44,990 nucleotides of DNA, taken from contig JBNGIO010006220.1 in NCBI GenBank assembly GCA_049999805.1, forward strand, positions 172,975-217,964. The letters run 5' to 3'. Positions 1-11,398 of this stretch are shown here, one piece after another. A program made the translations under genes and the position numbers. Numbering within the stretch: position 1 is the first letter of the stretch; each line of letters opens with the position of its first letter. Below the pieces are notes generated by a model, which was not told where the DNA came from, searched no databases, and saw only the letters and a list, made by a program, of their open reading frames with translations. The stretch is from Folioceros fuciformis (Eukaryota).

Positions 1-138
1 GCAATGCGGAGGCAGCGCAAGGCAATCCATGAGCGGGCGCGCGGCCGGCGTGAGCGAAGCGGACGATGTCGCGGTGCTGCTGAACCTGCTTGCTGCTGCT
101 GCTGCTGCTGCTGCTGCTACTGCTCCTGCTGCATCCAT
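1..138 (-). CDS. 5' end of a gene running off the window edge; probable organellar (plastid) transit peptide
   Basis: ATG at 138 opens MDAAGAVAAAAAAAASRFSSTATSSASLTPAARPLMDCLALPPHC with no stop to position 1. It is Ala/Ser/Thr-rich, includes a (GCA)n tract and follows a pyrimidine-rich leader. Confidence 0.45.
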   Translation of the reverse strand, partial: MDAAGAVAAAAAAAAASRFSSTATSSASLTPAARPLMDCLALPPHC

Positions 139-596
139 GTGCGAGGCGGAGGAGGCCGCGGAGGAGGCAAAGACGAAGGTGAATGCGCAGCGTCCACTCC
201 CTGCTTCGCTTCGTTCCCCTGCCGGCAGCCTGTTCCCGTTGAGCCCGCCAGACGGCATCCACGGCTCAGGTACGATCCCCAGACGGATGGACGGTGGATG
301 CGGGGCCCCAAATGACGGGCTGCCCTGCTCTCTCACCCTCGCCGTGCCGCTTCACGGGAAGCGTTGGAAACGTTTCGCGGAACGGACGTCCGCTCATGAG
401 CCTCCCCGGAAGGAACTGTCACTTCTCCCAACCAGCGCCAGCCTCCATGTAACGCCTGCGCCTCTGCTTTTATCGTCCCACGTGTCACTTCTACTCGTAG
501 CTACTACATGCCCCACGCCCCTGGGGCCCTGCCCTTTTACTCCCCAATCTTTCTTTCTTTCTTTTTTCTCTCTCTCTCCCCTTCCGGATCTCCCCT

Positions 597-639
597 CGTT
601 ATCTTTTTATACGTTATCTTTTTATACGTTATCTTTTTA
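597..639. repeat. 15-bp tandem repeat (CGTTATCTTTTTATA) x~3
   Basis: Directly visible at the GC-rich to AT-rich transition. Confidence 0.85.
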
Positions 640-2356
640 ATATTTTTATTTTTATTATGTAAAATATTTAACTCTAAAAATAATATTGAGTTTCTTTTTA
701 TTATTTTTCCTACATATCTTAGGTATTTTTGGTAGTTTTTAGGTTCAATGGTCACTAAGGGAGACAGCCACTACCACTAAGAGAAATAGCCTCCTTCATT
801 GCCATTAAGGAAGATAGCTTCCTTAGTGATAAGTCACTTTTGATGATTTATTTTATGTCATTTGAGGTAGATTAGTTTCCATCTTGTTTTTCTATCAATG
901 TCTAGATCATTTTAATCTATGCTCACATTGTGAACCAAATCATATACCAAACCCAACAAATTAAAATGAATGGGATAGATAGACAGATACTTTGTCAATG
1001 CTAAGTAGAATTCAATTTGGTGAGAAGAATCCAACCTCTCTACCACATCTTGGGTAGTGAGGAGAATCCAACCTCTCTACTAAGTCTTTTGGGGGGTGTT
1101 GGATTCAATGTCTAAAAAGTATGGTCCGGTTCTTGGAGAAATCGATTTCTGAACCGGATCTTGGGGTGTTGGGTTCAGGTAACTAACTGGCTTGGGTGGC
1201 TGGATGGACGATGCGGTGACTAACATGACATATGTATTTGCCTACAGGCCAAGTGTGCTAACTACCCTTCCGTTAGCGTGGAGGACTATGGGGAATGCAT
1301 ACATATGTAAGTTGCTTCACATGATTGAATTTCCAAGTGATTAGCACTCCAAGAGGAGGTACTCCACTTTGGCGAGCAAGAGAGGCCTGATCTGGGTAAC
1401 TGGCAGCCGAGGTGATGCTTGCTGAAGTTAAGCTCCAGTCGAGGCCTGACATGGGCCGCTAACCAGCTGAGATGGTGCCATGCAGTAGCTACCGTTATCC
1501 ACCAGTAAAGGACCCAAGGTGCTCAACTGGATTCGATGTGCGTCCAAATGGATTGGGCCAAATGGACGGGGAGGTTGAATATCCTGCCTGCTCTTGGACC
1601 GGTACTTTCATGGGGTATCTAAGGGAATGGATGCTCTCCATCCTAGTAGCTTCCATAGACCACTGTACAAAATAGTCCAAGTTCGTAGCAGTCCCAGATG
1701 CAGAATTCTTTATCCTGGCCAGCACGTTCCACCTTGGAACCTTGCAGTGGCATGCGGTGCATAAATTCTGTCTGATTCGCACAACACAAGCCTCTCTCGC
1801 CACCTGCTGCTTCACAGGACTTCACCCCAAGACAGACTGGTTGATCAGGACGCTGTGCTGGCAAAAGATCGACACAGCGGCATTATCTCAGGGATCGGAG
1901 ATTAGAGGATAGGCAGAGCTGGTTTTACATGTAACCACTGTTGCCTAATCTAGGGGGGGGGAGGCGGGCACAAAGACTGTCAAGGGGCGGGCTCAGTCCA
2001 GTAGGCCATGTTTCAACACTTTACCACTGCAACAGCTTCCCATTCACAGATACCTCAAACTACACCTCTTCTAACTGACCGATATCCCTCCGCACAAAGA
2101 AATGACTAATGTTCTCATCTCGGCCGTCCTGTGCCCACCTGGGTGAGCAGCGGTCATCCTCCATCCTCTCCTCCAAACGCTAGGCTGCCTAGCAACAATG
2201 CAAAATATGGCGAAGACATTTGTGTTCTCACAAAGAACACGAGCTGCCATCCACTCGATAAATGGGGGGGCTTAACCTCAACCCTGTACCCTACCTAAGC
2301 TTCTACTACCATGTTGCGGGAAAGGCGTCGGGTAGTTTTTTCACATCTTCCTCCCT

Positions 2357-3538
2357 TCAGGCCTCAGCCTTCTGCCAATTCAGGGGCTTCACCACCTCCC
2401 AGGTGAAGTCGGGGTCGGATCTGCCGAAGTGGCCGTAGGCAGCGGTCTTCTGGAACCGCTTGTTGCCTCCCCTCTTGAGATCCAGGTTAATAGTGATGAG
2501 CCCGGGGCGGAAGTCGAAAGCCTCCTTCACAATCTTGAGAATCTCGGGATCCGGCAGCTTTCCTGTACCGTACGTATCCACGAACACGGACAGAGGCTCC
2601 GGCACTCCGATAGCATACGACACCTGCACAATGGCACGACGGGCGAGGCCAGAAGCAACGATACTCTTGGCGGCCTGCCTAACAATGTAGGCCCCCGAGC
2701 GATCCACCTTAGTGGGATCCTTCCCAGAGAAAGCACCGCCTCCGTGAGCTCCCCAGCCACCGTAGGTATCAATGATGATCTTCCTGCCAGTCAGGCCGGC
2801 ATCACCATGAGGGCCCCCGATGACAAACCTGCCAGACGGGTTGAGGTGGAAGATGGTGTTCTCATCCAAGTACTTCTCTGGAATCACAGGCTTGATCACA
2901 TGCTCCCTCAAGTCCGCCGCAATCTGGTCGTTCGTGACGCTCTCGTCGTGCTGAGTGGAGATCAGGACGGTGTGCACCCGCAGTGGCACCATGGCTCCGC
3001 CCTCGTTCCTGTACTCCACCGTCACCTGCGTCTTGCCGTCGGGTCTGAGCCAGCCGCAAACCCCGTTCTTGCGCACCTCCGTGAGCTTGGCGCCGAGCTG
3101 CGTAGCCAGCACGTGCGACAGAGGCATGAGCTCCTCCGTCTCGTCCGTTGCGTAGCCGAACATGTGGCCCTGGTCTCCAGCCCCGATTTCCTCGGGCTTC
3201 TTGGTGAAATGGCCATGCACACCCTGCGCGATGTCAGGGCTCTGCTGCTCGATGTTCACCAGCACCTTGCAGTGGTCCGCATCCAGCCCGACGGCGTCCG
3301 ACACGAACCCGATATCCCGGCACGTGTCCCGGACGATCTTCTCGTAGTCGATGTTGGCCTTGGTGGTGATCTCCCCGAACACCATCACCATGTTGGTCTT
3401 GGTGCATGTCTCGCACGCAACCTTGCTGTCCGGGTCCTGCTCCAGGCAGGCATCCAACACGGCGTCCGAGATCTGGTCGCACAGCTTGTCCGGGTGTCCC
3501 TCGTTCACCGACTCGGACGTGAACAAAAAGGTCTCCAT
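2357..3538 (-). CDS. SAMS: S-adenosylmethionine synthetase (methionine adenosyltransferase), 393 aa, intronless CDS
   Basis: Contains [40 protein letters not shown] and TAAYGHFGR motifs. True ATG is at 3538; the ORF-track start at 3559 is intronic. Confidence 0.99.
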   Translation of the reverse strand: METFLFTSESVNEGHPDKLCDQISDAVLDACLEQDPDSKVACETCTKTNMVMVFGEITTKANIDYEKIVRDTCRDIGFVSDAVGLDADHCKVLVNIEQQSPDIAQGVHGHFTKKPEEIGAGDQGHMFGYATDETEELMPLSHVLATQLGAKLTEVRKNGVCGWLRPDGKTQVTVEYRNEGGAMVPLRVHTVLISTQHDESVTNDQIAADLREHVIKPVIPEKYLDENTIFHLNPSGRFVIGGPHGDAGLTGRKIIIDTYGGWGAHGGGAFSGKDPTKVDRSGAYIVRQAAKSIVASGLARRAIVQVSYAIGVPEPLSVFVDTYGTGKLPDPEILKIVKEAFDFRPGLITINLDLKRGGNKRFQKTAAYGHFGRSDPDFTWEVVKPLNWQKAEA

Positions 3539-3651
3539 CTGCACCACCGCATCCGCCACACACCGCCTCCGTCAAGAAACCAAGCCACACCGAACCAGAC
3601 CAAACCGCAACAGCAACAACACCTCCATGCTCCCCGCAGCCGGCATCTCAC
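3539..3651 (-). other. 5'UTR intron of SAMS ending immediately before the ATG
   Basis: Donor CAG|GTGAGA at 3651 and acceptor GTGCAG|ATG at 3539; 113 nt. Plant SAMS genes typically have a 5'UTR intron. Confidence 0.75.
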
Positions 3652-4662
3652 CTGGGCCGGATGCCTGGACCGGAACGCCAAGAAAGCCGCTACGCTGCGC
3701 TCCCGCACGAAGCCTACGACAGGGGAAGCCCGAGCAGGAAGGCGGGGGAGCGTGCGATGGAGCAGGCAGAAGGAAACGCGACGGCCAGAAATGCCCGGCT
3801 CTGTAGGAGCGTATACCGCACTGGTGCTTATGAACGGGGAGGAGGGGAGACGGGGACCGACTTTAGGGCGTACGCTCCCGGGCTTGAGGGAAGGTTGTGA
3901 AAAAGGTGGCCAGGACTGGGTAAAACCAGTCAATCTGGCAGTCGCCTCAACGCGCATTGTTGCCGTCTGGGGCAGGTGGATCAGCGGGTCGCCACAGGTT
4001 CAACGAACGTAACCCTAAAGTCGTACACCAGAGGGGCGACTGGCTGCTCTACTAGGGTTTGGTGTGCGACTGGGAAGATCGTGAGGGAGAGAGGGCGGTA
4101 ACAAGCAGCCTGGCTGCCTGCACGATAGGCCGCGGGCAGTCTCGCAGCCATTCGAGAACATGCCACGCTGTTCCAGCTGTACACGCGGCCATGGCTCGCC
4201 ATAATATGAACCACGCTGCTCCAGCGCCTGGCCAGTCCAATGGCCAGCCTGCTTCCACCTTCCCTTCCGACTGCCTTTGTGCTTTACAGTTTACAACAGT
4301 CCTGGGCGCAGCTTCTGCACATGTGGGCATTATTGAAGTCTATGCAGGGGGTAGGCTGGCTGCTGCCTGCCAATACTGCAGATGGCAGGGAGTCGCCTTC
4401 GGCATCACCCACCGCACCGGGTGACGACCGCACCCCGGGAAATTGCGGTGCGCATCCCGCTTCCAATCAATAACAGAAATTTTATTGCGTATGTACCTAT
4501 ACAACAAGTAGGAATTGTATGCAAGAAATTGTGTCTGTTGTCATCAACACCTTGGATCTATATCTAGCAAGATGCCCCCCACCTGCGGGACGGAGGGGGG
4601 GTAAACAAACTGGTAGTTAGTCCCTCCTCTCTCTCTCTCTCCTACCTTTCTTCACCTTGACT

Positions 4663-7600
4663 TCACATAAGGCCGTTTTCCCACAGGCCGTGGTTCCAAG
4701 CAATGCACTTGGCCCTCTTCGGGGGGCTGTGGAAGGTGGGTTCCTTCGGCACAGTAAGTCTCTTGGAGGATCTGTTCGAGCATTTTCCCAAAAACATCTA
4801 TCAGTGTCAGCCTATGTCAGCCTGTAGCCCAGTGGTCCAGTGGGGGTGGGGGGAGCGGGGTACAGCTGACCTGCGGGGTTGGAAGGGATGGTCGAAGTAT
4901 GGCATGAGTTGTGCTTTGGGCACCATCTCCTGTCGCAGTCTCTTCACTTCATCCTCTTCGGAGATCTGCACAGCAGCATCGGTTTTGTGAATGTTCAGCG
5001 GATGTGACAGCTGGACCAGGACACAATGGCAGAGGCACTTCCTGGAGAGTAACCTGACGGATCCTTTCCTCCTCTTGCCGTTGAAGCTCGTAGAAATGCT
5101 GGCCCTCCGCGACCTGAGAAGTGAAGTGGGGTGGGTGGAACCATATCGGAGCCACAATCAGAACTAGAAGCAGAACACTATCAGGTGGTTCAGTTGCAGG
5201 ATCCCCTTGTCTCACTACCGACAAACAGACAGGTGGGTCCTGGTGCTTACAACTTTGTCGAACTCTGCTCGATCGACGGCACGGACTGTGCTATTCAGCC
5301 GGAACTCTACAGGCTTGGTGGCTTCCTTCACCGGAGGTTTGGGTACAACCTGCATGGGTCACCGAATCAAACATTCATTGGGTTAGGCTAACCTGTTTCA
5401 TTTTTTGTGCAAAACAATGTGTTTACATAATGTGATTGTGCGGGTACAGTACTCATACCTCTGGCTCGTCGGTCGTCCATGGGAGCCCACGTGCAATAGG
5501 TATCCTGAGGCGTGCCTCCTCAGCAAACATCTGCCCCACCTTCCGTATGAACTCCATCTCATGGATGGCCCCCCTTTCCTGAACATGCAACGCACTGTCA
5601 CCCAACCTGCAGCCACGCAAAAAGCACCCCACATTCCGTTGCCAAACTCTTTTACCTCAGTCTGCAATTTGAACGGTTGAGGGACGCATGCCTTCACCCT
5701 GCGTTGATGACACGATGATGGGCTCAACTTCTCAGAAGGGGACGCTTGGCCAAGAGTGATGTTGTCCCGTCTCTTCTGCCAACAGGATAGGTAAGCGAAG
5801 TTTGCACTTCAAGAGAGTGATGCGAACTGGGAAATGTCTCCGGAAACGGGAAACTCACTCTCACCTTCTTCCTCGACCTGTTGACAGCATCAGTGTCTGC
5901 ACATAAGCTCTTGCATGCATCCCGGTCCTCTCTTTTTTTCTTTGGTGTTTCGTCGTCCACAATTTTTGGTGGCACAAGATCGTTTCCGCGTACTGATTCA
6001 GAGATCTCACTCCTCTGTCCCCTAGTACACGTCTCTTCTTCGTCCTTGGAGCCGAAGGTTACAGAGCACTCCTCGTGTTGTTCTTCATCCACGATTGGTG
6101 GTACTTCCTCAAGGTCAGAGCTGACCATGTGGACAGCACCAGCATCTTCTACTTCATCTCGTCTCTCAAGTCTCCCTGTCGGTGCATTGTCCTCACTTGT
6201 ATCCGTCTGTTCGTTTACTTCCCCGTTTACTGGTGATTCCTCCGGAGATGCTTCCTGGAAAAAGTCGCAGTCACCTAAACTTCCTGTGAACTTCTCCGCT
6301 GTAGGACCCTCAGTCAGATTTTTTGATTCACGCAGTTGACGTGCGTTGTCTCCATCTTTCGGCTCATGTGCTTTTGACGACTCTTTACAAACTGATTCCA
6401 TGGAGACTGCAAATTCTCTGTATATAGCTTCAAGCTCGGATGAGCGAACATACGCATCCCTCCTTAAATTGGTGTCTGTCGGCCCCGTTTCCTCCCTTTC
6501 TTCAATCTGCATGCCAAACGACATCGTCCCTCGTTCTTCCCCCTGCATGTCAACAGAAATCACATCTACATCTACCCAGTCTGTAGACGAAGATGCCACA
6601 GTCTTTTGAGAGTCGCTGACACCAGGCTCTTCTTCCCCAGACCGTGCTCGAAAACTGAAGGTCCGACGTGCATGCCTTGGCAGCTCCGGTTCGCACTCTG
6701 CCAAAGAGATAACCTTCTCGAAAGCTTCCACCAAAGTACGTACTCTGCCTTCGGCATTCAGGTCAGAATCTGCAAGTGCCCTTATCATAGCATCGTCGAT
6801 TCTCCATTCGCTAGATAGCTTTCTGCGCGACGGCTCCTGACGTCTGAGCGCATGATTTTCGTTAGATGGCTCATCACAGCCAATGCTTCCCCTCTTCCGG
6901 CCCCATATCCGTCCTGTCAAGTAATTCCCCATGAGAGATGGACGGCCACTGACATCAGGCAGCAAGTCGTGCTCGAAATCAAAATCACCATCGGCCTCTC
7001 CAAAACGGCCAATGGAGATCCAGGATTCACCTGGACTTGCAGTTTGTTTGGAATCCCACACTGCCTGGATAATCCCGAACCCTTCAACCACATCCGAAGC
7101 AGGACGATCAGCACTGTCACCCTCGAACGAGGACCTTGGAGGCTCCCAAACCAACTCCTTGTCACAGCCCCTCTCCATGTCTACAGCCTCCGCCTCCTGG
7201 ACTGTCTCCAAAACCTGGCCATCCACGGCAGCGTGTTCCTCTCCAGTGTCCCCTATTGCCGCAGGCTCCTTTCCCACCTCCAAGTCTCCAGGACACATCC
7301 CAACATCGCAGCCCCTGGCGTCATCTTGGGGCACTTCCAAGTCTCCAGGACACATCTTAACATCGCAGCCCCTGGCGTCATCTTGGGGCACCTCCAAGTC
7401 TCCAGGACACATCTTAACGTCGCAGCCCCTGGCGTCATCTTGGGGCACCTCTAAGCCTCCAGGAGACATCCCAACATCGCAGTTCCTGCCACCATCTTGA
7501 GCCAGCTCCAAGCCTCCAGGAGACATCCCAACATCGCAGTTCCTGCCACCATCTTGAGCCAGCTCCAAGCCTCCAGGAGACATCCCAACATCGCAGTTCC

Positions 7601-8636
7601 TGCCACCATCTTGAGCCAGCTCCAAGCCTCCAGGAGACATCCCAACATCGCAGTTCCTGCCACCATCTTGAGCCAGCTCCAAGTCTCCACGACACATCTC
7701 AACATCGCAGCCCCTGGCGCCATCTTGAGGCACCGCCAAGCCTCCAGGACACATCCCAACATCGCAGCCCCTCGCGCCATCTTGAGTCACCGCCAAGCCT
7801 TCAGAACACATCCCAACATCGCAGCCCCTCGCAGCATCTTGAGCCACCTCCCCACCCTCCTTGACTGGCTCAACCACACAGCCGCTGCCCGCGGCCTCGT
7901 CACAAGACAGAGTCCGACTGGAAGAAACATCGACATGCAAAACTCCATTCCCCTCCCCAGCGAAAGAAACACTGCCCTCATCCTCAGCACGGACTTGACG
8001 ACTGAGAGAATCCGCACCGTCACCGCACTCGTTCTCGTTCTCGTTCTCGTTCTCGTTTCCCTGCAACGCCCTGCCCTTCCCAGGCGTGCTCCGGGGCCTG
8101 TTCAGGCTCTCCTCCAGCTGCTGGTGCAACAGATGACGCTTGGACAGGAGGAACTTCCGGGGCTGCACAGCCGCAGGCACGGCGTAGTCCGGGTCGTTGG
8201 CAGCGCATCTGGCGGACCTGCAGATATGCTTTCTGTCAGGAGTGTAGTAGACGCTCCCGCAGCTCTGCTCCTTGGGGCCCTTACTGGCACTCCGGGGCAA
8301 TGCAAGAAAGTCGCAAGACACCAACTCGTGTGCCCCGGGCGAGACACCGCGCTCCCGCCTGGGAGACGCAGCAACCAGCTGCCTGGACGACGCCTTCACG
8401 GGAGTGACACAATTCTCCCCATCCGCTCTGGCCTTGATCGCCCTCCCGCCACTGAAATTGGGATCGCAATTCTCGGTAGCTCCATTCTTCAACTGGTGCT
8501 GGTGCTGGTGCTGGTGCTGCTTGGAGGGAGTCTTGGGCTTGGGATTCCCCACTGCCTGCCTCATCTTGAACGCTCTGGAATCCACCAACACATTAGGCTC
8601 GGCCCCAGCGCCAACGGAAAGCCCCACACTCTGCAT
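4663..8636 (-). CDS. TPX2-domain microtubule-associated protein (MDP60/TPX2-like). Exons 8636-5865, 5775-5656, 5578-5459, 5349-5251, 5113-5054, 4965-4871, 4771-4663
   Basis: Spliced C-terminus reads PQPFKLQTE-ERGAIHEMEF...RIPIARGLPWTTDEPE-VVPKPPVKEATKPVEFRLNSTVRAVDRAEFD...VKRLRQEMVPKAQLMPYFDHPFQPRRSSKRLTVPKEPTF, the plant TPX2/MDP60 signature. All junctions are GT-AG and in phase. Confidence 0.9.
7275..7844 (-). repeat. Coding minisatellite, 10 x 57 nt (19 aa, ~xQDxxRxCDVxMxPGxLEx)
   Basis: Ten in-frame units counted in the exon 1 translation, in three sub-variant blocks. Confidence 0.97.
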
Positions 8637-8955
8637 GATACTAGCAAGAAGCCAGGGCTACAGGAAAACCACTGTGCTACCATCTACAAGCAGCCCTACC
8701 AGCCTAGGCAATTCATGGCAGGAATGCAGCACGCATTATCCACAACCTGGCATCCCAACTCCTGAGACGGGAGCACAGCAAGCCGGATTAACTCACACAC
8801 CACTGAATCTACGGCCAGCCACAGCTGAAACAGAGCAGCAATTGCGAATTCCGCAACCGCACACAGCGCGCATTGGATGAGTGGAGGAAGAGCGGACGAT
8901 GCTCGTGACGAATCCAACCAGGCAGCCAGAAATGGGAGCAACAGCGAGCAGCAGG

Positions 8956-9078
8956 AACGGTAAGGTGTAAGGGAGGCGGGGGAAGCTCGGTTGCCGAGGG
9001 GAGGGCCAAGTGACCGTTGCGATAAAGCAGGACCAGCACACTTGGTTTCCCTGCCGTCTCCAACGGCGGTCCAACGGG
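8956..9078. promoter_or_regulatory. Cluster of MSA-like (AACGG) G2/M elements upstream of the TPX2-domain gene
   Basis: TCCAACGGC at 9059-9067, TCCAACGGG at 9070-9078, GCAACGGTC on the minus strand at ~9012-9020, and AACGG at 8956-8960. Confidence 0.55.
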
Positions 9079-9146
9079 CAATTCACGTCTTAAAACCTCT
9101 ACCTTACCACAAAATCGATTCATTACGATTCGGCAAACACCTGTTT

Positions 9147-9197
9147 ATCTCTCTTCTCCTCTCCTCTCCTCTCCTCTCCTCTCCTCTCCTCCTTCTC
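9147..9197. repeat. (CTCTC)n pyrimidine microsatellite
   Basis: Directly visible. Confidence 0.9.
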
Positions 9198-9273
9198 AAC
9201 AAACCCATGCCGGCTCTCCCACCCAAATAAAATAAAACACACGCAACTCAAGCTCAATATTCAGTCCTCAAAA

Positions 9274-9319
9274 AAGTCTGGTTCTAATCTAAAATTAAGT
9301 CTGGTTCTAATCTAAAATT
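9274..9319. repeat. Perfect 23-bp tandem duplication AAGTCTGGTTCTAATCTAAAATT x2
   Basis: Directly visible. Confidence 0.9.
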
Positions 9320-9546
9320 ATTGCTTTTTTTTACAGCTATACAAGTTTAGCAAAAGTTGCTAAACCCAGAGTTTCATAACAAGAGCAGCAAGCAAGCATT
9401 CAACACAAACACTTCATTGGCATTCCTTAAGTATAGTGTAACATCATCTCCAACCATCAACTCTTTTATATATTATTTACATATAATAAAACAATTAAAA
9501 TATTTACTGATTTATTTATTTATTTCTTTATAGACTAATTTAACCA

Positions 9547-10331
9547 TCACACTCCTACTACAACAGGAGGAACAACAACAGCAGGAGCAGTCATTGTAGA
9601 GGGAACTGACAAAGAGTCTCTATTAGTAGATGGGTTTGTAGGAACATCGGAAGAAGAAGCTTTACTACTTTGATTGATTCCCAAGTAGTCCTGAATGACA
9701 ATAAGTGTGAAGTGCCAATCCACCAAGATAATCAACTCATGAAGGTAACTCTTAATGCGCAACATTTGGAGATCATTCTGAGGATCCAGTTCACGAACAA
9801 AGCTCCTCGCCATGGCTGCTAGACCAGGAATGTTCTGCTGGTACTTATGCTCGGATATTTCCTGTTCAACAGTCTTTGTACTTACTTATACACAAGGTTA
9901 CATGACTAGGAGTGGGAACACAAAACAAATGAACTAACTAGTACCTTCTTAATGGTGGACTTAAGAATGTTGCCATTTGCATCTAAGATTAGCAAGCCCA
10001 ACACATCCTAGGGGAAAGGGGGAACAACATAACACATACAAGCTACCAACATGAACAAGCAAGATATGCCCATATGGCTGGATTACATGAATTGTACTAA
10101 TAAAGAATAAAATATAATGTGATTTTTATGAGCAATGCCAATGCTATTGTACCTTGAAACTATTAATCCTTGCTAAAGCTTTTTCGGCATCGCCCTACAT
10201 AAAAATATGAGTGTACTTTGCATTAAATATTAATAAAATATATAGAAGTTTGAAGAGTTTAAAGAAAGATGTGAAAGTTAGGAACATTCATGATTTGTTT
10301 TGGTAGTCTTAGCCATGCATACACCTACCAT
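9547..10331 (-). CDS. DYNLRB: Dynein light chain Roadblock/LC7 family protein, ~140 aa. Exons 10331-10329 (ATG only), 10194-10153, 10007-9945, 9861-9547
   Basis: Spliced protein MGDAEKALARINSFKDVLGLLILDANGNILKSTIKKEISEHKYQQNIPGLAAMARSFVRELDPQNDLQMLRIKSYLHELIILVDWHFTLIVIQ matches the Roadblock consensus (ARS.VR.LDPQNDL..LRI.S..HE). Introns are GT-AG, phase 0. Confidence 0.88.
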
Positions 10332-10539
10332 ATTCTTCAAAAATAAAAGGTAGACCAAACTTCTTTAAAGATTATTTCTTAAAATAATGATCGTTTTATT
10401 TGGATTTGGAATCTGGTTATGATATGACACTCGTTCCAAACATCATTTGTAACTCAATAGACTTTATTAAGAGGAGAGATGGGAAATCCCATCTAAATAG
10501 AGAACTAAATATTCAACATTTATGGGTGATAATTTAAAT

Positions 10540-10639
10540 NNNNNNNNNNNNNNNNNNNNNNNNNNNNNNNNNNNNNNNNNNNNNNNNNNNNNNNNNNNNN
10601 NNNNNNNNNNNNNNNNNNNNNNNNNNNNNNNNNNNNNNN
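10540..10639. other. Assembly gap (100 N)
   Basis: Run of N. Confidence 1.
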
Positions 10640-11004
10640 ATACTGCTAACTCACTTGTTGATTTGTGGTTAGGTGATCCTAGCTGTGTGCGAGATAGGTT
10701 ACAATTGTATCTTTGATATATAATTTTATATATTTTTAATAAATAATATAAAGAGATAGTGATATCTTTATACTCAAGAAACACAGTTCTCTTGAAATTT
10801 TAGACAAGAAGAAGAGAAGAAGTTTTTTTTTAACAATTTTAATGTACAATATTATTATTATAATGTATAATAATTATATGGTTTATTTTATATTTTATAT
10901 CATATTACTGTATATTACTTCGTAATAAATCTACTTAAGGAAGTGGTGACACTTATATTTTTCTTGTTTTATTAAATAAATAAAGTATTCATGTATTTGA
11001 ATAA

Positions 11005-11066
11005 GTGGACGGGTGTCGAACCCAGCCCACATGAGTTCATTGCATTCACCACTAAGCTACATTGGA
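11005..11066 (-). other. tRNA-like Pol III promoter fragment (SINE head or tRNA-derived relic)
   Basis: Minus strand has A-box TAGCTTAGTGG (11059-11049) and B-box GGTTCGACACC (11022-11012). The 26-nt spacer is shorter than in a tRNA and no clean anticodon or acceptor stem is visible. Confidence 0.5.
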
Positions 11067-11398
11067 TAGTTACCTGTCACATGTGCATGAATGGTACCCA
11101 TGCGAACCGATTGGCATGGTTTTTTGTGAAAAGGGTTTAAATCGTCAACAGTGATGTTTGTTAAAACTTTAGAAGTTCCTCGGTGGCTCCACTGTCCGGG
11201 GCTTTGGACGGCGCCACAGGCTGTGCTTGGGACCGAATATTGTGGAGTAATGCTGCAAATGGAGGACACCGATGGGTTTGGGAAAACGATTCTTCGACCG
11301 CGAGGGTCTGCTCAGGTGATACATGCTCTGTTCAGCTGTTCCTCAAAGGTGTTTCAGCAATTGGAGAACGCTAGTCATTGTAGTAGTACCTATTGGTT

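Noticed and set aside
1472-1864. Short ORFs on both strands
   Set aside because: No homology recognisable and no coherent gene model.
3799-3805. TACAGAG in the SAMS leader (minus strand), resembling the METTL16 UACAGAGAA site of animal SAM synthetase feedback control
   Set aside because: Only a 7/9 match, with no clear hairpin and not at the 3' splice site; expected by chance.
2429-4012. 527-aa plus-strand ORF
   Set aside because: Antisense shadow of the GC3-rich SAMS CDS with no recognisable motif.
7275-7844. CRISPR-like array
   Set aside because: Contiguous tandem units without unique spacers, in frame within a eukaryotic exon.
7497-8765. 422-aa plus-strand ORF and other overlapping ORFs in the repeat
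   Set aside because: Antisense or alternate frames of the 57-nt coding repeat.
11005-11066. Functional tRNA gene
   Set aside because: A-B box spacing is too short and there is no acceptor or anticodon stem; kept only as a tRNA-like element.
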